Source: Patescibacteria group bacterium (GTDB taxonomy: Bacteria; Patescibacteriota; Patescibacteriia; UBA10025; JAHIVO01). From it: a stretch of 64,000 nucleotides of DNA. Positions 28,975 to 38,425 of this stretch are shown here, piece after piece. Location: assembly GCA_041650915.1 (NCBI GenBank), contig JBAZKE010000001.1, positions 611,097 through 675,096 of the forward strand, written 5' to 3'. Under the pieces are notes generated by a model, which was not told where the DNA came from, made no database searches, and saw nothing but the letters and a program-made list of their open reading frames with translations. How positions within the stretch are numbered: the first letter of the stretch is position 1; each line of letters begins with the position of its first letter. A program made the position numbers and the translations under genes.

Positions 28975-30591
28975 ATGGTAAAAAATTTTATAAATAAAAA
29001 TATACTTTGGCTGATAGTACTATTGTTAGCTATCATCTATTCGAGTTGCTTGATAAAAACTCCACTTTTATCGGCCGGCGATGTGCTGCACCAATCGTGG
29101 ATTGCAGGAGAAATCGCCGATACCGGGACCATACCGATTCAGAATCCCATGACCGGTAATTTTGACATCTTATCACTTTCACCGCTCTTCCAAATTCTCG
29201 GGGCACAATTAAGCTTGCTGACCGGCATTCATGAAATATATATATACGTTGCCCTTAACTTTTTATTAATTCCCATGCTCTGCCTCGGATTTTACCTCGT
29301 TACCAGAAAACTGTTTTTAAACGAAACTATTGCCTTGCTGGCAGTGCTGATATTCTTTTCACTGAACAGTGCAACGTATATCAGCCGCCATATCTCATTC
29401 TTTGTTATTAAAGAGGCTACGATTGCGATTTTTTTAGTCTTTTGCATTCTCTACCTGACAATTACACTGCTGAAACATCAAGGCCGGTATCAAGTACGCT
29501 TACTTGCATTGTATGGGACGCTTGTTGCAGTCACCGCCCTCACGCACCAATTTACCACCTTTTCAATTGTAAGCATTCTGGTTTCCCTTTACGTGCTCCT
29601 CTTTGTACTTTATCCGCAGCTTCGAAAAAAAATTCTATTGCTGGGATCTATCGTTTTCGTTGCAATCATAATAGTGTTTTTATTAAACGCGAACTTACTT
29701 TTTTATCCTGAAACAGGGTATCTCACGACACAACAGCACACCTTTACGAAAGATTTTACCGAGTCTTCTGCGGTTTCTTCAAATGACCTCCGTTCATCAT
29801 ATCTTTCTAGCGTGTTCGACGATGCGTACCATCCGCTTCTCCTGCTATGTGCAGTATTTGGAGGAATCTTTTTTATCATAGTACAAAAAAAATCAGCGCG
29901 TGAAATGCCTGCTCACCTGTTTATACCTGCAGTATGGATCATCACTTTCTTTATACTGGCGCTGCAGCCGATTGGCAACTTCCAGCTCCTTCCTACCCGT
30001 TTTTTGCACTGGACAATTATTCCGCTAGCTATTATCGCCGGGTATGGGTTGTACTTTTTGCTGCTTTCATTCAAGCGTTCATCCATCCAGCTTTCTCTTC
30101 TCGCTGCGCTTGTTATAATTCCCTTAACGATGTCGATAACGCTGAATGCTGATTCTTTCGATAGTACAGAAAATATCAGCTTTAAGGAACTTGAGAGTTA
30201 TGTGCGCATCCATACGATACTTGCTGACTCAGATAATAAAACGGTTGTCAGCGACCCATTTTTCGGCTATAAGCTTATCACGATTTCAGGGGCTCAGTTG
30301 ACCTACCGCTACGAGCGTACAGGAATGTACCGTGACGACAGCCTGGAGTTTGATGCTGTCAAAAAATTCATCTATAGTGACCCTGAATCCGCCTATGACT
30401 ATGCATCATCGAGCGGAGCAAAGTATATTGCCATAAACTACGACGATAAACACCGATACTACGAAGAAGCCGACTATGCAAAATTAGATGATGCTGACCG
30501 CTACAGGCGCATCGTGCATGAATACCCGGGTTCTATGGATGAAATCTCTATTTACGAGATCGTACCGCGTAATAAAGACAGCCTCCGATAG
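28975..30591 (+). CDS. Polytopic membrane protein (M3; about 12 TM plus a C-terminal soluble domain), GT-C-like or glycan polymerase candidate
   Basis: 538 aa. Many TM helices in the first roughly 400 aa; first loop with acidic residues (AGDVLHQSWIAGEIADTG); hydrophilic Tyr/Asp-rich C-terminal domain. Confidence 0.4.
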   Translation: MVKNFINKNILWLIVLLLAIIYSSCLIKTPLLSAGDVLHQSWIAGEIADTGTIPIQNPMTGNFDILSLSPLFQILGAQLSLLTGIHEIYIYVALNFLLIPMLCLGFYLVTRKLFLNETIALLAVLIFFSLNSATYISRHISFFVIKEATIAIFLVFCILYLTITLLKHQGRYQVRLLALYGTLVAVTALTHQFTTFSIVSILVSLYVLLFVLYPQLRKKILLLGSIVFVAIIIVFLLNANLLFYPETGYLTTQQHTFTKDFTESSAVSSNDLRSSYLSSVFDDAYHPLLLLCAVFGGIFFIIVQKKSAREMPAHLFIPAVWIITFFILALQPIGNFQLLPTRFLHWTIIPLAIIAGYGLYFLLLSFKRSSIQLSLLAALVIIPLTMSITLNADSFDSTENISFKELESYVRIHTILADSDNKTVVSDPFFGYKLITISGAQLTYRYERTGMYRDDSLEFDAVKKFIYSDPESAYDYASSSGAKYIAINYDDKHRYYEEADYAKLDDADRYRRIVHEYPGSMDEISIYEIVPRNKDSLR

Positions 30592-30744
30592 CGATATTGG
30601 CACATACAACGATAACGAGCAGCCCGACAAAACCGCTGACGGAATTCAATATGCTGATCCGGCTGTTTTGAAGCAAAACGTCAATGCCAGAAGCAATGGC
30701 ATACAATCCTTTAAGTATATAAAAAATTGTCTCGGTGATCATAT

Positions 30745-31944
30745 TTATTCGCGATAGAGCTTGAGTAACTCACTGACATGATTTACAAATGAATACTGGC
30801 GTAATGATGCAGAAGCGTTTGCACTGAGCTTAATACGCAATACCGGATCGTCGTGCAGCTTGCGGAGTGCACGCTCTAAATCATCCGTATCGCCCGGATT
30901 CACCGTCAGTCCGTTGACGTTGTCAACAATGAGCTCAGGTATCCCGCCAATATCACTCCCTACGACAGGCACCCCATACCCAAAGCTCTCATAGATGGCA
31001 ACGGGAGAATTATCATACCATACCGATGGTACTACCGCCACGGATGCTGCCTTAAACAGCTCTGCTTTTTGCACCCCTGATATGAAACCGGTTAAGGAAA
31101 TCCTGCTGTCCCCCAGCGCGAGCCGCCTTAGGTATGATTCCGTCGGCCCGGTTCCAGCGATAACGAGACGGCAATCATCCCCTTTAATATTTTTGAATGC
31201 GCGCACGAGAACATCAACCCCCTTATGTTCAACGAGCTGACCGATATAAAGTACTGTGAATTCAGATCTACGTTCTCGCTTTTCAGGAGCACCCGCAAAC
31301 CCGACGCCGAGCCGAACGGTTAGCAGTTTGCTCCCATGAAAATATCCGAGTTGGGAGTGGCATTTAAGAACGAACTCTGATGGAGCCGTCACTACATCAA
31401 TACGCCGTGATGTTGAGCGCTTGATGGATTGGAATATTTTTTCAAAAAAATTAAAATGTTTGATTATCTTGCCGCCCCTGAATAGTATTGCCCACGGGCT
31501 GATGAGCTGGTAGTCATGCAGGGTATGGACACTTTTCATGCTGCAGCTGCGGGCAGCTTTAAAAATTGACGTAGAAAAACCCGCAATGTTATGTGAGTGT
31601 ACCACGTCTGGTTTTTCTTTTTTTAAAATTGATTTCACCATGCAGTACGCGTGAATATTCCAGAGATCAATGATGTGCCAAACCGGCTTTAAAAATGCGG
31701 GGAGCTTACGCAGCGTATGAGGGGAGCAAATATTGATAGGATAAAAACGATATACGCGAACGTTGTCCGTAGTCTCTACGGTAGGCCTCAAGACATTGCG
31801 AAAACGGAACTTCGTAGTAGTTATGATAAAAGGATCGACCTCAGCACGAATTTGCCCGATGAGCTTCCGGACATACATCTCTGCTCCTCCAATTTCGTAT
31901 GGCCAGTATAGATTCGTAATGTATGCTACTTTCAGCTTTGCCAT
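30745..31944 (-). CDS. Glycosyltransferase family 4
   Basis: 399 aa. GT4 C-domain (FTVLYIGQLVEHKGVDVLVRAF...AASVAVVPSVWYDNSPVAIYESFGYGVPVVGSDIGGIPELI). Confidence 0.8.
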   Translation of the reverse strand: MAKLKVAYITNLYWPYEIGGAEMYVRKLIGQIRAEVDPFIITTTKFRFRNVLRPTVETTDNVRVYRFYPINICSPHTLRKLPAFLKPVWHIIDLWNIHAYCMVKSILKKEKPDVVHSHNIAGFSTSIFKAARSCSMKSVHTLHDYQLISPWAILFRGGKIIKHFNFFEKIFQSIKRSTSRRIDVVTAPSEFVLKCHSQLGYFHGSKLLTVRLGVGFAGAPEKRERRSEFTVLYIGQLVEHKGVDVLVRAFKNIKGDDCRLVIAGTGPTESYLRRLALGDSRISLTGFISGVQKAELFKAASVAVVPSVWYDNSPVAIYESFGYGVPVVGSDIGGIPELIVDNVNGLTVNPGDTDDLERALRKLHDDPVLRIKLSANASASLRQYSFVNHVSELLKLYRE

Positions 31945-31949
31945 GGTTG

Positions 31950-32966
31950 TTATTTTTTCCCTAATTTTTCTATCAGAGCATTAGCAAACTCATTGATACT
32001 GCCCGGTTCAACGAGCACGTCACCCGGCTGGCTTACCTCAGGATGAGCGCACAGGTTAAAAACTACCGCCGATTTTCCGCATGCGTGGGCTTCCGCCAAT
32101 GGCAAATTATATCCCTCCCATTGACTGGCGGAAACGTATACATCACTTGCCGCATAATACTCCGGCAGCTCATTATCAGGCACAAACCCTGCAAAGATGA
32201 CCGCATTGGTCGCGAGGCTCAATAATTGGCGTTTGTACGCCTCGAATGTGGGCTCCCCTACGATGAGTAGTTTGGCCTGTGGAACCGCCTTAGAAACGCG
32301 TTTAAATGCGTGTAGGAGGGTATGTAATCCTTTGTGGGGTGAAATACGCCCAATATACAACGCCAGGGGTACGTTGCCAATACCTAGGTTTTTTCGGATT
32401 CGTTCTCCTGAAATGCCTGGGTGAAAACGTACCGTATCAATGGTATTGTATTTGACCTCACTTATAACGCCCGTTTCTTCACGTAAAACATCCGCCAAAT
32501 ACTTGCTGATCGAAATAACGCGATCCGCTCTTTTTATCGTTAGGTTTGTCAGCATCCGAAAAATCCGGATATACAGCTGTTCGAAAAAATTTTGAAATGT
32601 TTCCGGCGGGGCGATGCCGTGATTATAATACACATATTCGGTATTAAAAGATTTCTTTGCTTTGAGTGCAATGATATTCATCGGATATTGGTGGCTGTAT
32701 ATGGCGTCAAATCCATTTAATTGCAGGCTCGTATCCATTACTTTTTTAAAATCCAAAAAAAACAAGAGGCGGTAAATTCGCTGCCATCTCAGCGAATAAG
32801 GCATGCCAATCGTTTCTACCTTATAGCCGTGCGGTTCAATATCGGATGAGAGCGTAAAAACAGTTACTTCGTTTCCCTTCCGTACAAGTGATGCTGCCTG
32901 CTGTTCTGCAACGCGATCAATGCCGCTGAACTTGGAAAATGTGGCTGCTAGAATTGCAACTTTCAT
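31950..32966 (-). CDS. Glycosyltransferase family 4 (short form)
   Basis: 338 aa. LALYIGRISPHKGLHTLLHAF...ASDVYVSASQWEGYNLPLAEAHACGKSAVV. SD-like AAGAGG lies 6 nt upstream of the ATG (read from the reverse complement of 32967..32985). Confidence 0.7.
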   Translation of the reverse strand: MKVAILAATFSKFSGIDRVAEQQAASLVRKGNEVTVFTLSSDIEPHGYKVETIGMPYSLRWQRIYRLLFFLDFKKVMDTSLQLNGFDAIYSHQYPMNIIALKAKKSFNTEYVYYNHGIAPPETFQNFFEQLYIRIFRMLTNLTIKRADRVISISKYLADVLREETGVISEVKYNTIDTVRFHPGISGERIRKNLGIGNVPLALYIGRISPHKGLHTLLHAFKRVSKAVPQAKLLIVGEPTFEAYKRQLLSLATNAVIFAGFVPDNELPEYYAASDVYVSASQWEGYNLPLAEAHACGKSAVVFNLCAHPEVSQPGDVLVEPGSINEFANALIEKLGKK

Positions 32967-33076
32967 AGGTACCTCTTTTTCTGAACTATATAATTCTCAA
33001 ACCGTATGTATTTGCCAATTGGTATAGTTTAAAAATTTTAACTAAAAATATACCAAGTATAAAACAATTAAATTGG

Positions 33077-33559
33077 TTAGCATCCTCGAGGGATTTTTCT
33101 AATTGTATCGATAATCTTAGTGGTGGATTGCAAGTTTCTTTTTCGATGAATCAGAACGAGCTTTCCTCCATGTCGTTTTACAGCAGGCGCCTCAACACAC
33201 TTTTTGCCGTACTCCGAGCTGTTAACGTGCACATCTGGACGTACAATATTGATAAATGCAATCGGATTTAGCTCGCCGAAAACATACAGGTAATCGACGT
33301 ATTGAATCGCTTCCAATACCGCAAGCCTGTTGTTCAGCGTCATCACTGGACGGTACTTGCCCTTATATCTTTTAACCGATGCGTCGCTATTGACGCCGAC
33401 GATGAGCACATCACCGTACGTTTTCGCTTTGCGCAGCAAAAAGACATGCCCGGCGTGAAAAATATCAAACGAACCGTTTGTTGTTACGATTTTTTTTCGG
33501 TGTGTCCGCAGTTTTGTAACAAGAGTAACGAGCTCCTGTTTACTGAGCCTTTTATTCAT
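33077..33559 (-). CDS. hldC: D-glycero-beta-D-manno-heptose 1-phosphate adenylyltransferase (RfaE/HldE domain II type, cytidylyltransferase fold)
   Basis: IVTTNGSFDIFHAGHVFLLRKAKTYGDVLIVGVNSDASVKRYKG...LAVLEAIQYVDYL matches the HldE C-terminal domain (GcFDilHaGHv.yL..Ar.lGD.LiVaVNSDaS.krlKG; vL.aLeaVDwV). The track ORF (to 33658) overlaps gmhB by 107 nt, so the start was moved to the in-frame ATG at 33559 (8-nt overlap). Confidence 0.75.
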   Translation of the reverse strand: MNKRLSKQELVTLVTKLRTHRKKIVTTNGSFDIFHAGHVFLLRKAKTYGDVLIVGVNSDASVKRYKGKYRPVMTLNNRLAVLEAIQYVDYLYVFGELNPIAFINIVRPDVHVNSSEYGKKCVEAPAVKRHGGKLVLIHRKRNLQSTTKIIDTIRKIPRGC

Positions 33560-34085
33560 GATGCTGTATCCATTTACCGGCAGCGAGCAAATTATCCGCC
33601 GTATAAGTTGGTTGCCCATCTGCTCGGTTATATGACATTCCGCTGCCTGTTCGAACAAGGATTGTCTTCGTATTCAATGCAATCCCCGCTTGAATATCAT
33701 TAACGCTGTCACCGATTACATAAGATTGTGAAAAGTCAATGTCATATCTTTCAGCGGCCGCTCTATAATTACCGAGCTGGGGCTTGCGGCAATTACATGA
33801 TTCTTCTGGTGTATGCGGGCATAGATATATTGCACAAATGGTAATGCCTTGCTCATCAAGCTGCTTCAGCATGTTTTTCATAAATGCATGGCATTCTTCT
33901 TGGGTGAAATATTTACGTCCGATACCGGATTGGTTTGTAATAATGATGAGGATAAATCCCAGTTGTTGCAGGAGACGAAGCCCTTCAATGACCCCTGGAA
34001 AAAATTCCAAATCTTCGATCTTGTAAGTATACCCATGATCTACGGTGATTGTTCCGTCCCGATCTAAAAAAACTGCTTTGTGCAT
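33552..34085 (-). CDS. gmhB: D-glycero-D-manno-heptose 1,7-bisphosphate phosphatase (HAD family)
   Basis: VFLDRDGTI (HAD motif I), IITNQSG, Zn-binding insertion CPHTPEESCNCRKP typical of GmhB, GDSVNDIQAG (motif IV). Confidence 0.85.
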   Translation of the reverse strand: MHKAVFLDRDGTITVDHGYTYKIEDLEFFPGVIEGLRLLQQLGFILIIITNQSGIGRKYFTQEECHAFMKNMLKQLDEQGITICAIYLCPHTPEESCNCRKPQLGNYRAAAERYDIDFSQSYVIGDSVNDIQAGIALNTKTILVRTGSGMSYNRADGQPTYTADNLLAAGKWIQHHE

Positions 34086-34088
34086 ACT

Positions 34089-35090
34089 TCAGACCGTAAG
34101 CTGCCGCATCAATTCTTGTTTCGTAACAGTTGACGTGCCGCGTTTGCCAATGCTAATTTTTGCGGCGTATGCGGCAAGCGTCGTAGCTTCTATCGGTTGC
34201 AGGGTGCCTGCGGTGAGTGCAATAACGGCGGCGACAGTATCGCCGGCGCCAGAAACATCAAGTACCGTATCTGCAAATGATGGGATTGTCTTGCACAATC
34301 CGTTTCCGGTGACCAGATACATACCTTTACTTCCCCGGGTGAGAAGTACGTTCTTGATTTTTAAATCTCTTTGCAACTGCCGCGCCAATTCGGTAAGTTT
34401 TGCCTCCGATTCATCATAGGTACTGTACATTTTTAAAAGCTCAATTTCATTCGGCGTAATGTAATCAGCGCCGCTATAATATGATTTATTCTTTGGCTTT
34501 GGATCGATGATGACGTACTTCCTGGCAGCTTGAGCGCGTTTAATGATAGTTGACGTTAATCGCTTGGTGAGTACTCCTTTCTGATAATCTGAAAAAAGGA
34601 CGCAATCGACCTGTTTTAAAGCCGAAGTGGCATAGCGAATAATTTTATTTTCCAGCTGCAAACTTATTTTTTTCACATGTTCTTCGTCAACCCGGAGCAA
34701 CTGTTGTCCATGCGATACGATCCTCATCTTGACAATTGTCGGCCGATGATGATCCACAAATATCCCCGCTTCATCCATCTTGCTTTTCTTGAGCGTATGG
34801 AGAAAACTGCCTGCAAGATCCTGATGATTCCCCTGATCGCCGATAACTCCGGCCAAGAGAACCTTTCCCCCTAATGCACGAATATTTTCCGCTGCATTGG
34901 CCGCACCGCCGAGCTTGTAATATTTTTTTTCTGTAGTCACAACCAGCACAGGGGCTTCTTGTGAAATAGAGCGCGGCGACCCCTCAATATACAAATCGAG
35001 CATGAGATCTCCAATGACTAGGATTCTTTTTTTTGAAAAAGTTTTTACGGCTGAAATATACTTGGAATTAGATTTCATTTTCATATACAA
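34089..35090 (-). CDS. hldA: D-glycero-beta-D-manno-heptose 7-phosphate kinase (pfkB/ribokinase family; RfaE/HldE domain I type)
   Basis: KRILVIGDLMLDLYIEG, PVLVV, GGAANAAENI, C-terminal DVSGAGDTVAAVIALT (pfkB signature 2); 333 aa. Confidence 0.8.
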   Translation of the reverse strand: MYMKMKSNSKYISAVKTFSKKRILVIGDLMLDLYIEGSPRSISQEAPVLVVTTEKKYYKLGGAANAAENIRALGGKVLLAGVIGDQGNHQDLAGSFLHTLKKSKMDEAGIFVDHHRPTIVKMRIVSHGQQLLRVDEEHVKKISLQLENKIIRYATSALKQVDCVLFSDYQKGVLTKRLTSTIIKRAQAARKYVIIDPKPKNKSYYSGADYITPNEIELLKMYSTYDESEAKLTELARQLQRDLKIKNVLLTRGSKGMYLVTGNGLCKTIPSFADTVLDVSGAGDTVAAVIALTAGTLQPIEATTLAAYAAKISIGKRGTSTVTKQELMRQLTV

Positions 35091-35103
35091 ATAACTTTAC
35101 CTG

Positions 35104-35706
35104 TTACGTGAAGAGTCCTTGCTCGACGAGGTCGCAGATAACGTGCAGGACAGTTATGTGCCCTTCCTGAATCCGCGGGGTGTCAGTATGCGGTATGACG
35201 ATGGGGATATCAAGATGTTTGAGAATTTCCTTGCCGTTCAATGATGCCAGTCCAATGATCCGCATTCCTGCGGTTTTTGCCGCAAGAATCGCCTGCCCAA
35301 TATTTGCCGAGTGGCCGTGTTTTTGGAATGAAACATCACTCGTTGTCATCACAATTAAAATATCCTCTTCTTTCCCGAGTGCCTGGACTTGCTTTTTAAA
35401 AATTTCTTCAAACCCAGAATCATTGCCAATAGACGTTAACGCTGAGCTATCAGTTGTTAGTGCTATGGCAGGAAGCGGCTTCCGGTCTATGTTAAACCGA
35501 TTTATGAATTCTGCCGCAAAGTGCTGTGCATCAGCGGCCGACCCTCCATTGCCGCACACTAAAACCTTGCCGCCACCTTTAAGGCAGCTGAGAATGGCTT
35601 CCGTTGCCTGTAGTACGCTCTGTGGCAATGTTTTAGCCATTTCATATTTCAGTGCAGCGCTCTGCTCAAATTGCTGTTGTACCTGCATTGTGGAAATTTT
35701 TGCCAT
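35104..35706 (-). CDS. gmhA: Phosphoheptose isomerase (sedoheptulose-7-phosphate isomerase, SIS domain)
   Basis: KVLVCGNGGSAADAQHFAAEF (GmhA signature), ALTTDSSALTSIGNDSGFEEIF; 200 aa. Confidence 0.85.
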   Translation of the reverse strand: MAKISTMQVQQQFEQSAALKYEMAKTLPQSVLQATEAILSCLKGGGKVLVCGNGGSAADAQHFAAEFINRFNIDRKPLPAIALTTDSSALTSIGNDSGFEEIFKKQVQALGKEEDILIVMTTSDVSFQKHGHSANIGQAILAAKTAGMRIIGLASLNGKEILKHLDIPIVIPHTDTPRIQEGHITVLHVICDLVEQGLFT

Positions 35707-35721
35707 ACAATTTAATATTTT

Positions 35722-36891
35722 TTACGTCACGGTATGACCTGAAAATGCCACTTTAGTATACACGTTTGCTGTTAGTTGTGCCATTCTATCCCATGTGTAA
35801 TTTTGCACTATATCCGTTGCTGCCTTTACGTAACGGCCATACTGCTGATCGTTTTTTAAAAAAGCAGTAAGAGCGCGCGCTAAAGCTTCTCGATCACCTG
35901 CCTCGACCAGTTGAGCGCCCAAACCACGACGAGTGACCTCGGCAATCGGCTCAATATTTGTTGCTACTACCGGTATCCCGCACGCCATTGCTTCCGCGAT
36001 TACGATGCCAAATCCTTCTACGGCGGATGGCAAGCAAAAAACGTGGGACTGTTTCAGAACACGGATGACTTCGAGATATGCATTGATGAAACCCAGCAAC
36101 CGTATATTGTTCTGCAACCCGAGGCGGATAACCTCGGCTTCCAGTTTTTTCCGTTCGGGGCCAGTTCCAATAATGAGACACTGCACTGACGGGATATCCC
36201 TCTTGACCTGCGCAATGGCAGCTACCAAATCACCAACGCGCTTGTACGGCACGAGACGCGTGATGGAGCATACAGTCGGTTTAGAAAACTTTTCGACATG
36301 GAGTTGCCGCAGTGTATCCAAATCAACGCCGTTGTATACGACTGAAATATCACTATTAACAATTCCGGCTTTTATCAAATTGTTCTTGGTATAATTGCTG
36401 TTTGCGATAAAGTGGGTCCAGCGGCGATGCAGGTAAAACCGTTCGTAGAGTTCGCCAATATACCCCATGATGCCGAATATCTGTATCCATCGGCCTTTCC
36501 AAACGTCATGGCACGTCGCGATACGCGGCACTTTCAGTTTTCGGGCGGCGAACACTGCTGGAATGTAAGCAATAAAGCTCTGCGCGTCGATAATATCAGG
36601 CTTGAGATGGATTGCCTCACGGTACAGCTGGAGCATGAGCAGAAAGCGTTTCCAGAGCGAACCTCGGAACGTATAGCGAAACGCCGGCCCGCAATGAATA
36701 ACCCGAACGCCAGAAAAATGCTGCTCATGAGGAAGCGAGTCCTCATGGGCGGTCAGCACGGTTACTTCAAATGTTTTTTGGAGCCGTTTCGCTATCTGCC
36801 ACGAACGCATTTCAACACCGCCTCGCGTTTCGCCGTGTTCACTTCTTGGAAAAAATTCGCTAACGATTAATACTTTTTTTCTTGCGTTCAT
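35722..36891 (-). CDS. Glycosyltransferase family 4
   Basis: GT4 C-domain (HVFCLPSAVEGFGIVIAEAMACGIPVVATNIEPIAEV). Track ORF begins at TTG 36942; the GT4-typical N-terminus MNARKKVLIVSEFFP starts at ATG 36891, a 32-nt overlap with the upstream small membrane gene. Confidence 0.7.
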   Translation of the reverse strand: MNARKKVLIVSEFFPRSEHGETRGGVEMRSWQIAKRLQKTFEVTVLTAHEDSLPHEQHFSGVRVIHCGPAFRYTFRGSLWKRFLLMLQLYREAIHLKPDIIDAQSFIAYIPAVFAARKLKVPRIATCHDVWKGRWIQIFGIMGYIGELYERFYLHRRWTHFIANSNYTKNNLIKAGIVNSDISVVYNGVDLDTLRQLHVEKFSKPTVCSITRLVPYKRVGDLVAAIAQVKRDIPSVQCLIIGTGPERKKLEAEVIRLGLQNNIRLLGFINAYLEVIRVLKQSHVFCLPSAVEGFGIVIAEAMACGIPVVATNIEPIAEVTRRGLGAQLVEAGDREALARALTAFLKNDQQYGRYVKAATDIVQNYTWDRMAQLTANVYTKVAFSGHTVT

Positions 36892-37231
36892 CAGTCGCTT
36901 CGCTAATTTCAACATCCCCCCGCAGCGCCACCCGACGGACAATCTGGGTAATCTCCCGCTCGATATGTTCCATTTTCACATACAATCGGAACATTCCATA
37001 AAACAAGACAAGCAGTGCGAGGTAAATCACTGCGTCGACGCCACGTCCAACGCCGAGCATGTCAGCAATGATTGTGGTGGTTTGCGGAAGAACTGCCGCT
37101 ACGGCGATCCCAATCCACAGTACGCTCCAGAGTAAAAATTCAATAAGCGTTACGTGCTTTTCACGGAATCTTAAAAAAACGCGTGACAGTGCAAAAACGG
37201 TAAAAAGTATTATCAGGATTTTAATTGCCAT
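36860..37231 (-). CDS. Small 3-4 TM membrane protein (DUF2304/GtrA-like), partner of the adjacent DPM1-like GT2
   Basis: 123 aa with hydrophobic helices (ILIILFTVFALSRVFL, LLWSVLWIGIAVAAVL, VIYLALLVLFYGMF). Starts 1 nt after the GT2 stop. Confidence 0.45.
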   Translation of the reverse strand: MAIKILIILFTVFALSRVFLRFREKHVTLIEFLLWSVLWIGIAVAAVLPQTTTIIADMLGVGRGVDAVIYLALLVLFYGMFRLYVKMEHIEREITQIVRRVALRGDVEISEATDERKKKSINR

Positions 37232-37232
37232 A

Positions 37233-37907
37233 CTACTTGGTAATCCTTAAAACGATAAGTTTGATGAACGTCTTGACTCCGACGAAAAAACTCTGCCCTT
37301 TTGACAGCGAGTAATCGGAATAAATAGCCTTGATGGGAATTTCTTCATATTTAAAATTGTGAACTTTGATTTCTCGAATGATTTCCGACGAAACTTCCAT
37401 TCTGTTTGCTTTCAAGTCAAGGGAACGTGCGGCTTCATTGCTCAGTGCGCGCAATCCCGATTGGCTGTCTGTAACCATCATGCCGAACAAAAGGTACGTA
37501 ATGATATTGCCGATTCTGTTATATGCTCGGCGTATCAGCGGCATGCCACCCTTGGTCAATAACCGTGATCCGATGACAACATCAGCTTTACCGGATTTGA
37601 TGGGTTCAACAACGCGCTCAATGTCTTCTACGAGATGTTGGCCGTCCGAATCAAACGTAACGACAATATCGGCGCCCATGTGAATTGCTTTTGCTATGCC
37701 CGTACCCAGTGCACCGCCCAATCCCCTATTGAGCACATGAGAAACGACCACAACGCTTTCGGCATGTGCAATCGTTCCAGTCTGGTCTGTAGAACAATCG
37801 TTCACAACAATTATATTATCCGGGCTATACGTATGCTTCAGATTCCTCAGTACTGAACCGATCATCTGTTCCTCATTGTACGCCGGTACTACGATGCAAA
37901 CTTTCAT
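37233..37907 (-). CDS. GT2 polyprenyl-phosphate glycosyltransferase (DPM1/GtrB-like catalytic domain without C-terminal TM helices)
   Basis: VCIVVPAYNEEQMIGSVL...IIVVNDCSTDQTGTIA...RGLGGALGTG...VVTFDSDGQHLVEDI is the canonical dolichol-phosphate mannosyltransferase-type GT-A domain; only 224 aa. Confidence 0.8.
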   Translation of the reverse strand: MKVCIVVPAYNEEQMIGSVLRNLKHTYSPDNIIVVNDCSTDQTGTIAHAESVVVVSHVLNRGLGGALGTGIAKAIHMGADIVVTFDSDGQHLVEDIERVVEPIKSGKADVVIGSRLLTKGGMPLIRRAYNRIGNIITYLLFGMMVTDSQSGLRALSNEAARSLDLKANRMEVSSEIIREIKVHNFKYEEIPIKAIYSDYSLSKGQSFFVGVKTFIKLIVLRITK

Positions 37908-38383
37908 ATCGTGTCGTCGATATTACGTGGAAGATCATCATCGGGCTGTGACAAAACGAATCCGATTACGAGGGTGATAATACCTGCGACTGAAGATAAT
38001 AACCACGATTGGGGCCCGACGCTGCGTGTAGAATACCATGTTACGATAAAGCCAATAATGGCTAAAGAAAAAATGTAAATGTAATCAATTGCTCCAGGTT
38101 TTTTTTGTTCTGCGTGACTGTCATCGTCTGTTTTCAAAAAAAAGTTCAAAAATCCTGAACCCACTATCAAAACAAGAATATAGTGAGGATTAAACGTTCC
38201 GGTTACGAAACTAGTAAACAAATTTTCAATTATCAATAATACTAAATAAAAAATTAAAGAGCCAACAAAGACTATTACATTAATCTCAGCAGCTACTTGT
38301 TTTTTAACCGTATTGGTGTCACTTTTTTTCATTGATGCGGATTTTAACGTTTTAAAACCAATACTTGCGGTAATAAAACGCAT
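37904..38383 (-). CDS. Polytopic membrane protein, hypothetical (about 4 TM)
   Basis: 159 aa with hydrophobic helices (VIVFVGSLIFYLVLLIIENLF, ILVLIVGSGFLNFFL, IYIFSLAIIGFIVTWY, LLSSVAGIITLVIGFVL); stop overlaps the GT2 start. Confidence 0.35.
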   Translation of the reverse strand: MRFITASIGFKTLKSASMKKSDTNTVKKQVAAEINVIVFVGSLIFYLVLLIIENLFTSFVTGTFNPHYILVLIVGSGFLNFFLKTDDDSHAEQKKPGAIDYIYIFSLAIIGFIVTWYSTRSVGPQSWLLSSVAGIITLVIGFVLSQPDDDLPRNIDDTI

Positions 38384-38425
38384 TTGATATGATGCTACTA
38401 TAACAGAAAAGTTACTCTATTTCAA

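Noticed and set aside
33560-33658. N-terminal 33-codon extension of the adenylyltransferase ORF (track start 33658)
   Set aside because: The extension overlaps the gmhB coding region by 107 nt and has no similarity to HldE domain II. The in-frame ATG at 33559 gives the canonical N-terminus with an 8-nt overlap.
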